Shown here in pieces: positions 22,854 through 32,614 of a stretch of 64,000 nucleotides of DNA. Both the position numbers and the translations under genes were made by a program. How positions within the stretch are numbered: position 1 is the stretch's first letter; the number at the start of each line of letters is the position of its first letter. The DNA lies in the NCBI GenBank assembly GCA_965602395.1, contig CBFCYW010000004.1, positions 5,643-69,642 on the forward strand, written 5' to 3'. This stretch comes from an uncultured Chromatiales bacterium. GTDB taxonomy: Bacteria > Pseudomonadota > Gammaproteobacteria > CBFCYW01. A model generated the notes under the pieces. The model was not told the origin of the DNA, did no database searches, and saw only the letters and a program-made list of their open reading frames with translations.

Positions 22854-23204
22854 TCAGGCCTTGAGCTTTTCCTTGATTCGAGCTGCCTTGCCGGTGCGCC
22901 CGCGCAGGTAGTACAGCTTGGCGCGACGCACGTCGCCGCGGCGCTTGACCTGAATTTCGGCGACCAGCGGGGAGTAGGTCTGGAAGACGCGCTCGACGCC
23001 CTCGCCGTGGGAGATCTTGCGCACCGTGAACGCCGAGTGCAGGCCGCGGTTGCGCTTGGCGATGCACACGCCCTCGAAAGCCTGCAGGCGCTCGCGGTTG
23101 CCTTCGCGCACTTTCACCTGCACCACCAGGGTGTCGCCGGGGCCGAATTCCGGCACCTGCTTGCTCATCTGTTCGGCATTGATCTCATCGATCAGCTTGC
23201 TCAT
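22854..23204 (-). CDS. rplS: 50S ribosomal protein L19
   Basis: [54 protein letters not shown] is canonical L19; the ORF-track frame extends spuriously upstream. Confidence 0.93.
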   Translation of the reverse strand: MSKLIDEINAEQMSKQVPEFGPGDTLVVQVKVREGNRERLQAFEGVCIAKRNRGLHSAFTVRKISHGEGVERVFQTYSPLVAEIQVKRRGDVRRAKLYYLRGRTGKAARIKEKLKA

Positions 23205-23268
23205 TGGTCTTGCTCCCGAGTTGTTGTGCTGGCAGAGCGGCCCGCGGGCCGGTACGCAGCGTTTGTGG

Positions 23269-24030
23269 TCACGAATTCGTCTTTTCCCGCGCCGCGGCGC
23301 GATACGCGGCCAGCAGTGCGCGGTCATCCTCGTCGAGCGTCTGCTCGTCGAGCAGCTCCGGGCGCCGCGCCAGCGTGCGACCGAGCATTTCGCGGCGCCG
23401 CCAGCGGGCGATCGCCGCGTGGTCGCCGGAGAGCAGCACCGCCGGCACCCGCTGCCCGTCCAACACTTCCGGCCGGGTGTAGTGGGGGCAGTCGAGCAGG
23501 CCTGCCTCGAAAGAATCCTGCGCCGCTGATTCGGCGTGCCCCAGCGCCCCCGGCTGCAGGCGGGCGACGGCATCTATCAGCGCCATCGCGGCCAGCTCGC
23601 CACCGGAGAGAACGTAATCGCCAAGCGAGATCTCCTCGTCGATCTGCGTCTCGACGAGACGCTCGTCGATGCCCTCGTAGCGCCCGGCGACCAGCACCAG
23701 CGATGGCTGTGCGGCCAGCTCGCGAACGCGGCGCTGAGTCAGCGGCCGGCCCTGCGGGCTCATGTAGATCACCCGCGCCGGATCGCGCTCGGCCGACGCC
23801 GCAGCGCGCGCGGCGGCGATGGCGCGGCGCAGCGGCTCGACCTTCATCACCATGCCCGGCCCGCCGCCGTAGGGGCGATCATCGACCGTGCGGTGCGGGT
23901 CATCGGTGAAATCCCGCGGATTCTGCGTGCCGAGCGCCAGCAGGCCGCGCTCGGCGGCGCGCCGCGGGATGCCGTAATCGATGACCGCGGCAACCAGCTC
24001 GGGAAACAGGGTGACCACCTCGATGTGCAT
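23269..24030 (-). CDS. trmD: tRNA (guanine37-N1)-methyltransferase
   Basis: [12 protein letters not shown]...[14 protein letters not shown]...[21 protein letters not shown] motifs of TrmD; operon position. Confidence 0.92.
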   Translation of the reverse strand: MHIEVVTLFPELVAAVIDYGIPRRAAERGLLALGTQNPRDFTDDPHRTVDDRPYGGGPGMVMKVEPLRRAIAAARAAASAERDPARVIYMSPQGRPLTQRRVRELAAQPSLVLVAGRYEGIDERLVETQIDEEISLGDYVLSGGELAAMALIDAVARLQPGALGHAESAAQDSFEAGLLDCPHYTRPEVLDGQRVPAVLLSGDHAAIARWRRREMLGRTLARRPELLDEQTLDEDDRALLAAYRAAAREKTNS

Positions 24031-24088
24031 CGCCTCGCTCCCGTCGACTCGCCGAGATGCCGACGCGCCGAGATTCAAAGTTGTGCGG

Positions 24089-24688
24089 TCAGAAATCCGC
24101 GTCCCAGTCCACCGTCACCACGGCGGCGGCCAGGTCGACATCGAGAATCACCGGCTCGACCTCAGCGGGCAGATACTCGGCGTCGCGCATCGCGGCGCCG
24201 GTGGCGCTGCTGATCCAGGGAATCAGCCGCTCGCGCTCACCGCGCACCACCATCACGTCGTTGGCCCCGGTGGCGAACAGGTGATCGATCCGACCCAGCT
24301 CCACGCCACTGCGATTGACCACCCGCAGGCCGATCAGATCGGCCCAGTAAACGCCGCCCTGGCGGTCCTCGGGCAGCGCTTCGCGCGGCACCGCGATCTG
24401 TGCGCCAAGCCAGGCTTCAGCCGCTTCGCGGCTGTCGATGCCAGCCAGCCGGGCGATAATATTCTTGCCCTGCTGGCGACCTTCGAGCAGCTCGATCGAC
24501 CGCCATTCGCCACGCCGCCCGAGCTGCCACTCGGGGTAGCCGAGGATGCCCTCGCGCGGGGCGGTGTGCGAGTAAATCTTGACCCAGCCGCGCACGCCGT
24601 GCAGGCCGTTTATCTGCCCCAGCACGATCAGCCGCCGCTGCTCGCCAGCGGCCGCATCCGGCACGGCCGGTGGCCTGGAGTCGCTCAT
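24089..24688 (-). CDS. rimM: ribosome maturation factor RimM
   Basis: [23 protein letters not shown] and a C-terminal PRC-barrel region; lies between rpsP and trmD. Confidence 0.88.
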   Translation of the reverse strand: MSDSRPPAVPDAAAGEQRRLIVLGQINGLHGVRGWVKIYSHTAPREGILGYPEWQLGRRGEWRSIELLEGRQQGKNIIARLAGIDSREAAEAWLGAQIAVPREALPEDRQGGVYWADLIGLRVVNRSGVELGRIDHLFATGANDVMVVRGERERLIPWISSATGAAMRDAEYLPAEVEPVILDVDLAAAVVTVDWDADF

Positions 24689-24762
24689 CGCGGCGCGCTT
24701 ATCCGGACGGCCGGGCGGATGATCGTCGCCGCCAAAGCGGCGACGGATCACTGCCGCTCGCC

Positions 24763-25044
24763 TCAGGCAGCGGCCTCATCGGCGGCCGGCTCGGCGGCCT
24801 GGGCCTTGCGATAGGCCTTGACCAGGCTGGCGACCCGCTCGCTCATCTGTGCGCCGGTGCCCACCCAGTGATCGATGCGCTCCAGATTGAGCCGCAGACG
24901 CTCTTCCTGACCGCGCGCCACCGGATTGAAGAAGCCGACGCGCTCGATGTAGCGGCCGTCGCGACGGCTGCGGCTGTCTTTGACTACCACCTGATAGAAA
25001 GGCTGCTTCTTCGCGCCGCCGCGGGAAAGACGAATCGTCACCAT
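24763..25044 (-). CDS. rpsP: 30S ribosomal protein S16
   Basis: [41 protein letters not shown] is canonical S16. Confidence 0.93.
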   Translation of the reverse strand: MVTIRLSRGGAKKQPFYQVVVKDSRSRRDGRYIERVGFFNPVARGQEERLRLNLERIDHWVGTGAQMSERVASLVKAYRKAQAAEPAADEAAA

Positions 25045-25297
25045 GGGATGTAGAACCTGTCTCGACTGTGTTTGATCGACCAACAAAAGAAGCCGCCCAA
25101 TAACGCGGCGCTCAGCCGGCTGCGGCTTGCAAGCCACGCCGACCGAAGGCTGCCATTTACCGGGGGCGGCCTCTGGCAAACGCGCGATTGTACCTCAATC
25201 GCTTCGAATGTGAAGCCCGTAGCCGTGGCCGCGCTTCACCGCAAACCGGGCTTGGGGTACGCTTGCCGGCCCCCTTCCACCGGATCGACACCACCTT

Positions 25298-25945
25298 ATG
25301 CCTGCCGACCCGACCACCGCTCCCGACCACGGTCTCGCCGCTCGCGGCCTGGCCTGCTGGCGTGGCGAGCACTGCCTGTTCCGCGGACTCGACCTGCGGC
25401 TCGCACCCGGTGAGCTGCTGCACATCGCCGGCCGCAACGGCAGCGGCAAAACCACGCTACTGCGCATCCTCTGCGGGCTGGTGCAGGCGGACGAGGGCGA
25501 GATCAGCTGGCACGGCGAATCGATACGACACTGCCGCAGCGAATTCAACGCGGCGCTGATCTACGTCGGCCACCTCGAAGGTCTGAAGGGCGAGCTGACG
25601 CCACTGGAGAATCTGGCTATGGATCAGGCATTAAACGTCGCCCGCAACGCCGCCGACGCCAGCGCCGCGCTGGCCGGGCTGGGACTGGCCAATCGCGACG
25701 ATGTGCCCTGCCGGGCGCTGTCCGCCGGGCAAAAGCGGCGCGTCGCGCTGGCCCGGCTGAGAGTCGCCGAGGCGCAGCTGTGGGTGCTCGACGAGCCGCT
25801 CACGGCACTCGACCCCGCCGGCCGGCAGGCGGTCGTGGACATGCTGGTGGAGCACGCGCGGGCGGGCGGCATGGCCATCTACACCACCCACCAGCCGCTG
25901 GAACTGGATGGCGTTACGCAGCGCAGCATGAGCCTCGACTCATGA
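25298..25945 (+). CDS. ccmA: cytochrome c biogenesis heme-exporter ATPase CcmA
   Basis: ABC ATPase motifs GRNGSGKTTLLR, LSAGQKRRVALARL, LWVLDEP; first gene of the ccm operon. Confidence 0.9.
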   Translation: MPADPTTAPDHGLAARGLACWRGEHCLFRGLDLRLAPGELLHIAGRNGSGKTTLLRILCGLVQADEGEISWHGESIRHCRSEFNAALIYVGHLEGLKGELTPLENLAMDQALNVARNAADASAALAGLGLANRDDVPCRALSAGQKRRVALARLRVAEAQLWVLDEPLTALDPAGRQAVVDMLVEHARAGGMAIYTTHQPLELDGVTQRSMSLDS

Positions 25946-26625
25946 ACGAACCCGAACTGTTCCCAGCCTTCTGCAAGCTGTTGCGCCGCGATCTGCTACT
26001 CGCTGCACGAGCGCGGAGCGAGTGGCTCAACCCGCTGTTTTTCTTTGTCATCGTCGTCAGTCTTTTCCCGCTCGGCGTGGGCCCGGAGGCAAATAGACTG
26101 AGCATGATGGCGCCCGGCATCATCTGGGTGGCGGCATTACTTGCAACCATGTTGTCGCTGGATGGTCTATTTCGATCGGACTATCTCGACGGCGCGCTGG
26201 AACAGCTATTGCTCAGCCCGCATCCGGCCTCGGTGCTGGTGCTGGCCAAAGTGCTGGCGCACTGGCTGCTGACCGGGTTGCCACTGATTCTGATGTCGCC
26301 GCTGCTGGGCGTGTTAATGCATCTGCCCAGCAGTTCGCTGCCGACGCTGATGGCGACGCTGGCGCTGGGCACTCCGGTGCTGAGCCTGATCGGTGCCATC
26401 GGCGCGGCGCTGACCGTGGGCCTGCGCCGCGGCGGCGTGCTGGTATCGCTGCTGGTGCTGCCGCTCTACATTCCGGTGCTGATTTTTGCCGCCAATGCGG
26501 TGGCCAGCGCCGCGATGGGATTGGGGGTTGAAGCACAGCTTTCGCTACTCGGCGCACTGCTGGGTTTTTCGCTGGCGCTGGCACCGCTGGCGACCGCGGC
26601 AGCATTACGAATCGGCATGGAATAG
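25942..26625 (+). CDS. ccmB: heme exporter permease CcmB
   Basis: Start MNEPELFPAFCKLLRRDLLLA overlaps the ccmA stop (ATGA); six-TM CcmB-like sequence. Confidence 0.88.
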   Translation: MNEPELFPAFCKLLRRDLLLAARARSEWLNPLFFFVIVVSLFPLGVGPEANRLSMMAPGIIWVAALLATMLSLDGLFRSDYLDGALEQLLLSPHPASVLVLAKVLAHWLLTGLPLILMSPLLGVLMHLPSSSLPTLMATLALGTPVLSLIGAIGAALTVGLRRGGVLVSLLVLPLYIPVLIFAANAVASAAMGLGVEAQLSLLGALLGFSLALAPLATAAALRIGME

Positions 26626-26739
26626 CAATACTTAACCTGGTCGCAAGCATCTGGAACACGATAGGTTTTAACTTAAGGTCTCACGCAAGCGGATAGCTTT
26701 GAGCCAGCTCAAGCTGCCGCCCAGCCCGGCGCTGGTATC

Positions 26740-27543
26740 GTGGCGCTGACTTCAAACATCTGGCCGTCAATCCCGGCCTCAGCAACCTTATCGGGAAATA
26801 CCTTGTTCGCCTGGTTTCACAAGCTCGGATCACCACCACACTTCTACAAACTCTCCGGCCGGCTGCTGCCCTGGGTCGGCGCGGCCTGCGCAATCTGCAT
26901 GATCAGCGGCCTCTATCTGGGCCTGTTCGTGGCGCCGCCCGACTACCAACAGGGCGAAAGCTATCGCATCATCTACGTGCACGTACCCTCCGCGTGGATG
27001 TCCATGTTCATCTACATGGTGATGGCAGTTGCCGGCGGCATCTCACTGGTCTGGCGCATGAAGCTGGCCGATGTGGCTGCGGAGATGGCCGCTCCGATCG
27101 GCGCCTCGTTCACCTTTCTCGCCCTGGCCACCGGCAGCCTGTGGGGCAAGCCGATGTGGGGTACCTGGTGGGTGTGGGACGCGCGCCTGACCTCCGAACT
27201 GATACTGCTGTTCCTGTATCTGGGCTACATGGCGCTGCGCTCGGCGATCGAAAACCCGCAGACCGCATCGCGCGCCGCGGCGATTCTGGCGCTGGTCGGC
27301 GTGGTCAACATCCCGATCATCCACTACTCGGTCGAGTGGTGGTACACGCTGCATCAGCCGGCCACCGTCACCAAGTTCGACAAGCCGTCGATCGTCTGGG
27401 AGATGCTGCTGCCGCTGCTGCTGATGGCGCTGGCCTTCAAGCTGCTGTTCGCCTACCTGCTGATGTACAAGATGCGTACCGAGGTGCTGGTTCGCGAGCA
27501 GAAATCCGGCTGGGTAAAACAGCGACTGGAGGCGAATAACTGA
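26740..27543 (+). CDS. ccmC: heme exporter protein CcmC
   Basis: WFHKLGSPP...APPDYQQGESYRIIYVHVPSAW...WGKPMWGTWWVWDARLTSEL includes the WWD domain. An in-frame TTG at 26803 gives an N-terminus of Pseudomonas-like length and is a possible alternative start. Confidence 0.85.
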   Translation: MALTSNIWPSIPASATLSGNTLFAWFHKLGSPPHFYKLSGRLLPWVGAACAICMISGLYLGLFVAPPDYQQGESYRIIYVHVPSAWMSMFIYMVMAVAGGISLVWRMKLADVAAEMAAPIGASFTFLALATGSLWGKPMWGTWWVWDARLTSELILLFLYLGYMALRSAIENPQTASRAAAILALVGVVNIPIIHYSVEWWYTLHQPATVTKFDKPSIVWEMLLPLLLMALAFKLLFAYLLMYKMRTEVLVREQKSGWVKQRLEANN

Positions 27544-27701
27544 TGCGCGAATTTCTCGAAATGGGCGGCTACGCCGTCTACGTGTGGAGCTCCTTCGGCC
27601 TCACCTTCGCGGTGCTGGCCGCCAACCTGATTGCCGCGCGCAACAAGCGACGCCGCGTTCGCGAGCAGTTGCTGCGCCGACTGCAGAGTGAGGAACAATG
27701 A
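27543..27701 (+). CDS. ccmD: heme exporter protein CcmD (52 aa)
   Basis: [52 protein letters not shown] is a small single-TM CcmD, translationally coupled to ccmC and ccmE. It is below the ORF-track length cutoff. Confidence 0.8.
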   Translation: MREFLEMGGYAVYVWSSFGLTFAVLAANLIAARNKRRRVREQLLRRLQSEEQ

Positions 27702-28156
27702 CCCCAAAACGCAAGAAACGACTGATGCTGATCGGCCTGATGGTCGCCGCCGTTGCGGTCGCCGTCGGCCTGCTGCTCAACGCCTTCCAGAAGAACCTGC
27801 TGTTTTTCTTCTCGCCCACCCAGGTGATCGCGGGGGAAGCGCCGATCGGCCACACCTTCCGCATCGGCGGCCTGGTGATGCCCGGTTCGTTGCAGCGCGA
27901 AGAGGACGGCCTCACCGTGCGCTTCGACCTGACCGACAACGCCGAACAGGTGCCCGTGCGCTACACCGGCATCCTGCCCGATCTGTTCCGCGAGGGTCAG
28001 GGCATCGTCTCGATGGGCAAGCTGGATGAAAGCGGCGTGTTCACCGCCAGCGAAGTGCTGGCCAAACACGATGAAAACTACATGCCGCCGGAAGTGGCCG
28101 AAGCGCTGGAGAAATCCGGCCAGATGCCCCACGGCTTGAAAACGGGGGAAAACTGA
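27698..28156 (+). CDS. ccmE: cytochrome c-type biogenesis heme chaperone CcmE
   Basis: 152 aa; N-terminal TM; [17 protein letters not shown]-fold motif; heme-binding His region. Confidence 0.9.
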   Translation: MTPKRKKRLMLIGLMVAAVAVAVGLLLNAFQKNLLFFFSPTQVIAGEAPIGHTFRIGGLVMPGSLQREEDGLTVRFDLTDNAEQVPVRYTGILPDLFREGQGIVSMGKLDESGVFTASEVLAKHDENYMPPEVAEALEKSGQMPHGLKTGEN

Positions 28157-30132
28157 TGATCCCTGAACTCGGTCATTTCGCACTGATCCTCGCCCTGTGC
28201 GCGGCGATCGTGCAGGCAATCTTCCCGCTGGTGGGCGCACAACGCGGTATCGCCAGCTGGATCAACGTCACCAGGCCCGCGGCGCAGCTGCAGTTTCTGA
28301 TGCTCGCTATTTCCTACGCCTGTCTGACCCATGCCTTCATCGTCCACGACTTCTCCGTGCTGTATGTCGCCAACACCTCCAACAGCCAGCTGCCGCTGCT
28401 CTACCGCATCTCCGGTGTGTGGGGTGCGCACGAGGGCTCGCTGCTGCTGTGGGCGCTGATTCTGGCGCTGTGGACGGCGGCGGTGTGCTGGTTCAGCCGC
28501 GGCGTCCCGAAGGCCATGGTGGCGCGGGTGATCGGCGTGATGGGGCTGATCTCGATCGGCTTTCTGCTGTTCATCCTGCTCACCTCCAATCCCTTCGAGC
28601 GCCTCTTCCCGGTGCCGCCGGACGGCCGCGATCTCAACCCGCTGCTGCAGGACCCGGGGCTGGCGATCCACCCGCCGATGCTCTACCTGGGCTACGTCGG
28701 CTTCTCGGTGGCCTTCGCCTTCGCCATCGCCGCACTGCTCTCCGGCAAGCTGGATTCGGCCTGGGCGCGCTGGATGCGCCCCTGGACCAACATCGCCTGG
28801 ATGTTCCTGACCATCGGCATCGCGCTCGGCAGCTGGTGGGCCTATTACGAACTGGGCTGGGGCGGCTGGTGGTTCTGGGATCCGGTCGAAAACGCCTCCT
28901 TCATGCCGTGGATCGTCGGCACCGCGCTGATCCACTCGCTGGCGGCCACCGAAAAACGCGGCGCGTTCAAATCCTGGACTGTGCTGCTGGCGGTGCTCGC
29001 CTTCTCGCTCAGCCTGCTCGGCACCTTCCTGGTGCGCTCCGGGGTGCTGACTTCGGTGCACGCCTTCGCCACCGACCCGGCGCGCGGCGTGTTCATCCTC
29101 GGCTTCCTGGTCGTGGTGATCGGCGGTTCGCTGGTGCTGTACGCCCTGCGCGGGCCGAAGATCATCAGCACCGGCGGCTACGGCTGGGTCTCGCGTGAGG
29201 CCGGCCTGCTGTTCAACAACGTGCTGCTGGTGGTGGTCTGCGCGACGATCCTGCTCGGCACCCTCTATCCGCTGGCGCTGGACGCGCTGGGCATGGGCAA
29301 GATCTCGGTCGGCCCGCCCTACTTCAACAGCGTTTTCGTGCCACTGACCGTGCCGCTGGCGCTGATGGTCGGCGTCGGCGCGCTGGCGCGCTGGAAGAAA
29401 GACAACCTGATCGGCATTCTGCGCCGCCTCGGCTGGGCCGCCGGCCTGAGCCTGCTCGGCGCGTTCACACTGCCCTACGCGATGGGTGAGTTCGACTGGT
29501 CCGCGGCGCTGGGCATCGGCCTCGGGCTGTGGGTCGCACTGGGCACCGCGCAGGGCTTCATCGAGCGACTGCGCCACCGCAAGAACAAGCTGGCGGCACT
29601 CGGCCAGCTCCCCGGCGCCTTCTGGGGTATGTCGGTGGCCCATCTGGGCATAGCCATGTTCGCCGTCGGCGTCGCGCTGACCAGCGTCTATTCAGTGGAA
29701 AAAGACCTGCGCATGGCGCCCAATGAGCAGTACGAGATCGACGAGTACCGCTTCACCTTTGAGGGCGTCAAACAGGTGATGGGGCCGAACTATCGCGCCT
29801 CCCGCGGCTTTGTGCGCGTGGACAACCTCGATGGCGCCCCGGTCACCGAACTGCACAGCGAAAAACGCATCTATCTGGTGCAGAGCAACGCGATGACCGA
29901 AGCGGGCATCGACGCCGGCTTCACCCGCGACCTCTACGTCGCCCTCGGCGAGCCGCTCGGTGGCGGCAGCTGGAGCCTGCGCCTCTACCACAAACCCTTC
30001 GTGCGCTGGATATGGTACGGCAGTGCGCTGATGGCCCTCGGCGGCCTGATTGCCGCATCCGACAGACGCTACCGCCAGTTTGCGCGCCGGGCTGCGCGCG
30101 AGCGCGGCGACCACGCCGCTGTAACGGCCTGA
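28156..30132 (+). CDS. ccmF: cytochrome c-type biogenesis protein CcmF
   Basis: 658-aa polytopic membrane protein with the WWD-like signature WGGWWFWDPVENASFMPW. Confidence 0.92.
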   Translation: MIPELGHFALILALCAAIVQAIFPLVGAQRGIASWINVTRPAAQLQFLMLAISYACLTHAFIVHDFSVLYVANTSNSQLPLLYRISGVWGAHEGSLLLWALILALWTAAVCWFSRGVPKAMVARVIGVMGLISIGFLLFILLTSNPFERLFPVPPDGRDLNPLLQDPGLAIHPPMLYLGYVGFSVAFAFAIAALLSGKLDSAWARWMRPWTNIAWMFLTIGIALGSWWAYYELGWGGWWFWDPVENASFMPWIVGTALIHSLAATEKRGAFKSWTVLLAVLAFSLSLLGTFLVRSGVLTSVHAFATDPARGVFILGFLVVVIGGSLVLYALRGPKIISTGGYGWVSREAGLLFNNVLLVVVCATILLGTLYPLALDALGMGKISVGPPYFNSVFVPLTVPLALMVGVGALARWKKDNLIGILRRLGWAAGLSLLGAFTLPYAMGEFDWSAALGIGLGLWVALGTAQGFIERLRHRKNKLAALGQLPGAFWGMSVAHLGIAMFAVGVALTSVYSVEKDLRMAPNEQYEIDEYRFTFEGVKQVMGPNYRASRGFVRVDNLDGAPVTELHSEKRIYLVQSNAMTEAGIDAGFTRDLYVALGEPLGGGSWSLRLYHKPFVRWIWYGSALMALGGLIAASDRRYRQFARRAARERGDHAAVTA

Positions 30133-30146
30133 TTGGAAGCATATCA

Positions 30147-30680
30147 ATGGGACGTTTTTTACTACCGCTGGCCGGTTTCGCACTGCTGGCCGTTCTGCTC
30201 GGCATCGGTCTGACGCTGGATCCGCGCGAGGTGCCCTCGCCGCTGATCGACAAGCCCGCGCCGGACTTCACCCTGCCGCAGCTGCACGACGCCGAGCAAA
30301 CCATCGGCACCGCGGACATGCGCGGCGAGGTCTGGCTGCTCAACGTCTGGGCGAGCTGGTGCGTGGCCTGCCGCCAGGAGCACCCGTACCTGGTTGAACT
30401 GGGCAAGCGCGATCTGCTGCCGATGGTCGGCCTCAACTACAAGGACAAGCGCAACGATGCCCTCGGCTGGCTGCGCAATTTCGAGAACCCCTACAACGTC
30501 TCAGCCAGCGATCTGGACGGCCGCGTGGGTATCGACTGGGGCGTCTACGGTGTGCCCGAGACCTTTATCATCGACAAGCGCGGCACCATCCGCATGAAAC
30601 ACATCGGCCCGCTGACGCCCAAGGTGATCGAGCAGGAGCTGCTGCCGCTGGTCGAGCAATTGCAAGGGGAAGCCGCATGA
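30147..30680 (+). CDS. ccmG: thiol:disulfide interchange protein CcmG/DsbE
   Basis: Start MGRFLLPLAGFALLAVLLG; thioredoxin motif WASWCVACRQEHP; GVYGVPETF. Confidence 0.9.
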   Translation: MGRFLLPLAGFALLAVLLGIGLTLDPREVPSPLIDKPAPDFTLPQLHDAEQTIGTADMRGEVWLLNVWASWCVACRQEHPYLVELGKRDLLPMVGLNYKDKRNDALGWLRNFENPYNVSASDLDGRVGIDWGVYGVPETFIIDKRGTIRMKHIGPLTPKVIEQELLPLVEQLQGEAA

Positions 30681-31171
30681 TGCAGCGCACGATGCAAGTT
30701 CTGTCCGCCACGCTATGCGCGCTGCTGCTGGCCTTCCCGGCACGGGCAGCGATCGAGTCCTACGACTTCGAAACGGCCGAGCAGGAGGCCGCCTATACCC
30801 GGCTGATCGCCGAGCTGCGATGCCTGGTCTGCCAGAACCAGAACCTCGCCGATTCCAACGCCGGCCTGGCCCAGGATCTGCGCCGCGAGGTGCACGAAAT
30901 GCTGACCTCCGGCCAGAGCGCCGATCAGGTCGTCGACTTCATGGTCGCCCGCTACGGGGATTTCGTGCTCTACCGACCGCCGGTGCAGAGCAACACCATG
31001 CTGCTCTGGGGCGGCCCGTTCGCACTGCTCGGGCTGGGTCTGCTGGTGCTGATCCTGTTCCTGCGCCGACGCGGCCGAGACACCGCACCAAACATCGATG
31101 AACAGCAGCTCGCGCAGGTTCGCGAACTGCTCAACGACGCGCAGGACAGCGCGGAGCCGCCGAAAAAATGA
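30677..31171 (+). CDS. ccmH: cytochrome c-type biogenesis protein CcmH (CycL-type)
   Basis: Signal peptide; LRCLVCQNQNLADSNA (CXXC) motif; C-terminal TM helix. Confidence 0.88.
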   Translation: MMQRTMQVLSATLCALLLAFPARAAIESYDFETAEQEAAYTRLIAELRCLVCQNQNLADSNAGLAQDLRREVHEMLTSGQSADQVVDFMVARYGDFVLYRPPVQSNTMLLWGGPFALLGLGLLVLILFLRRRGRDTAPNIDEQQLAQVRELLNDAQDSAEPPKK

Positions 31172-32541
31172 CCACTTTTTACATCGCCGCAGCAGTCATG
31201 CTGCTGATCGCTTGCGCCCTGTTACTGCCGGCCTTCCTGCGCGGCAGCCAACAGCCCGTCGATAACAGCCGCCGCGCACAGAACATCGTCATCGCCCGCG
31301 AACAGCTCGCCGAGCTGAAACGCCAGCACAGCGAGGGCGAGCTGGACGATGTGCGCTACGAACAGGCGCGCGAAAACCTCGAAACCCAGCTCGCCGACGA
31401 CCTCGCCAGCGAAGAGCAGAGCGCGCCGGAGCAACGCGATCGCGGCCGCTGGGCCGGCATCGCGGTCGGCGTCGCCGTGCCGCTGCTGGCGGTTCTGCTG
31501 TACATGCAGCTGGGCAATCCGCGCGCCGTGCACATCGAGCCGCGCCCGGTGGTGGCACAGTCGCCGAGCTCGCACGAAGGCGCAGGCGCAGGCGATAAAC
31601 CGGCCAACCTGCCGCCGATCGAAGAGATGGTCTCCCAGCTCGAAGCGCGGATGGAGAAAAACCCGGATGACCCACAGGGCTGGTTCATGCTCACCCGCAC
31701 CTACATGGTGCAGGGTCGCTACGACGAAGCAGTGACCGCCAACCGCAAACTGCGCGAGCTGGTCGGCGAGGAGCCGGTGGTGCTGGTGCAGCTGGCGGAT
31801 GCGCTGGCGATGCAGACCGGCGGCAAGCTGGCCGGCGAGCCCACCGAGCTGCTCACCAAGGCGCTCGAACTGCAGCCGCAAAACCCCCAGGCGCTGTGGC
31901 TGATGGCCATGTCTCAGGCCGAGCGCGGCTTGCCGGAAGAAGCCATCGAGTCCTGGAAGAAAGTGCTGCCGCTGGTCAGCGAAGACCCGAAAACCACCGA
32001 TCAGGTGCACCAGCTGATCGCCCAGACCGAGCGCCAGATGGGCATAGAGCCGGGCGGCGAAGGCTCGGTGCTGGTGCCGGTCTCCCAGGGCTCGACCGGG
32101 GACGGCGCCGGCGCCGGAAGCGGGGCAGGCACCGCCGCAGCGGCACAGCCGCAGGCCGAGAGCAGCGCCGCTGCAAAGCCCGCAGACGGCGCCACGGCCG
32201 CGGTGACGGTCGAGGTCAGCCTCGACCCGGCACTGGCCGAGTCGGTCGCGCCGGGCGATGCGGTGTTCATCTACGCCAAGGCCACCAGCGGCCCGCCGAT
32301 GCCTCTGGCCGCGGTGCGCAAAACGGTGGCCGAGCTGCCGCTGACCGTAACCCTCGACGACAGCATGGCGATGATGCCAGCGATGAAACTGTCGGCCTTT
32401 CCGCAGGTCACGGTGGGCGCCCGGGTAAGCAAGACCGGCAATGCCATCAGCCAGCCGGGCGATCTGATCGGCGAGGTGACGCCGGTGGTGGTCCGCGGCG
32501 GCGACCCGGTCAATATCGAGATCGCCAGTCGCGTGCCCTGA
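31168..32541 (+). CDS. ccmI: cytochrome c-type biogenesis protein CcmI/CycH (TPR-containing)
   Basis: Two N-terminal TM helices; TPR-like region (GWFMLTRTYMVQGRYDEAV...); Ala/Gly-rich linker; last gene of the ccm operon. Confidence 0.8.
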   Translation: MTTFYIAAAVMLLIACALLLPAFLRGSQQPVDNSRRAQNIVIAREQLAELKRQHSEGELDDVRYEQARENLETQLADDLASEEQSAPEQRDRGRWAGIAVGVAVPLLAVLLYMQLGNPRAVHIEPRPVVAQSPSSHEGAGAGDKPANLPPIEEMVSQLEARMEKNPDDPQGWFMLTRTYMVQGRYDEAVTANRKLRELVGEEPVVLVQLADALAMQTGGKLAGEPTELLTKALELQPQNPQALWLMAMSQAERGLPEEAIESWKKVLPLVSEDPKTTDQVHQLIAQTERQMGIEPGGEGSVLVPVSQGSTGDGAGAGSGAGTAAAAQPQAESSAAAKPADGATAAVTVEVSLDPALAESVAPGDAVFIYAKATSGPPMPLAAVRKTVAELPLTVTLDDSMAMMPAMKLSAFPQVTVGARVSKTGNAISQPGDLIGEVTPVVVRGGDPVNIEIASRVP

Positions 32542-32563
32542 GCCGACGCGGCCAGCAAACATG

Positions 32564-32593
32564 AAAAAGCCCCGCCAGCGAGCGGGGCTTTTT
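32564..32593. terminator. bidirectional rho-independent terminator between ccmI and ffh
   Basis: AAAAA, stem GCCCCGC / GCGGGGC with a 6-nt loop, then TTTTT. Confidence 0.7.
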
Positions 32594-32614
32594 CATGCGC
32601 CGAAGCGATCCGCT

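Noticed and set aside
18972-23909. 1645-aa plus-strand ORF spanning htpG, the large hypothetical, rplS and trmD
   Set aside because: It runs antisense to several well-supported genes. The translation is Ala/Arg/Gly-rich low-complexity sequence typical of stop-codon-poor alternative frames in ~70% GC DNA.
28078-29643. 521-aa minus-strand ORF antisense to ccmF
   Set aside because: ccmF is strongly supported; the antisense translation is Arg/Gly/Ala/His-rich with no domain signal.
31222-32562. 446-aa minus-strand ORF antisense to ccmI
   Set aside because: Same reasoning: opposite a supported gene, with low-complexity translation.
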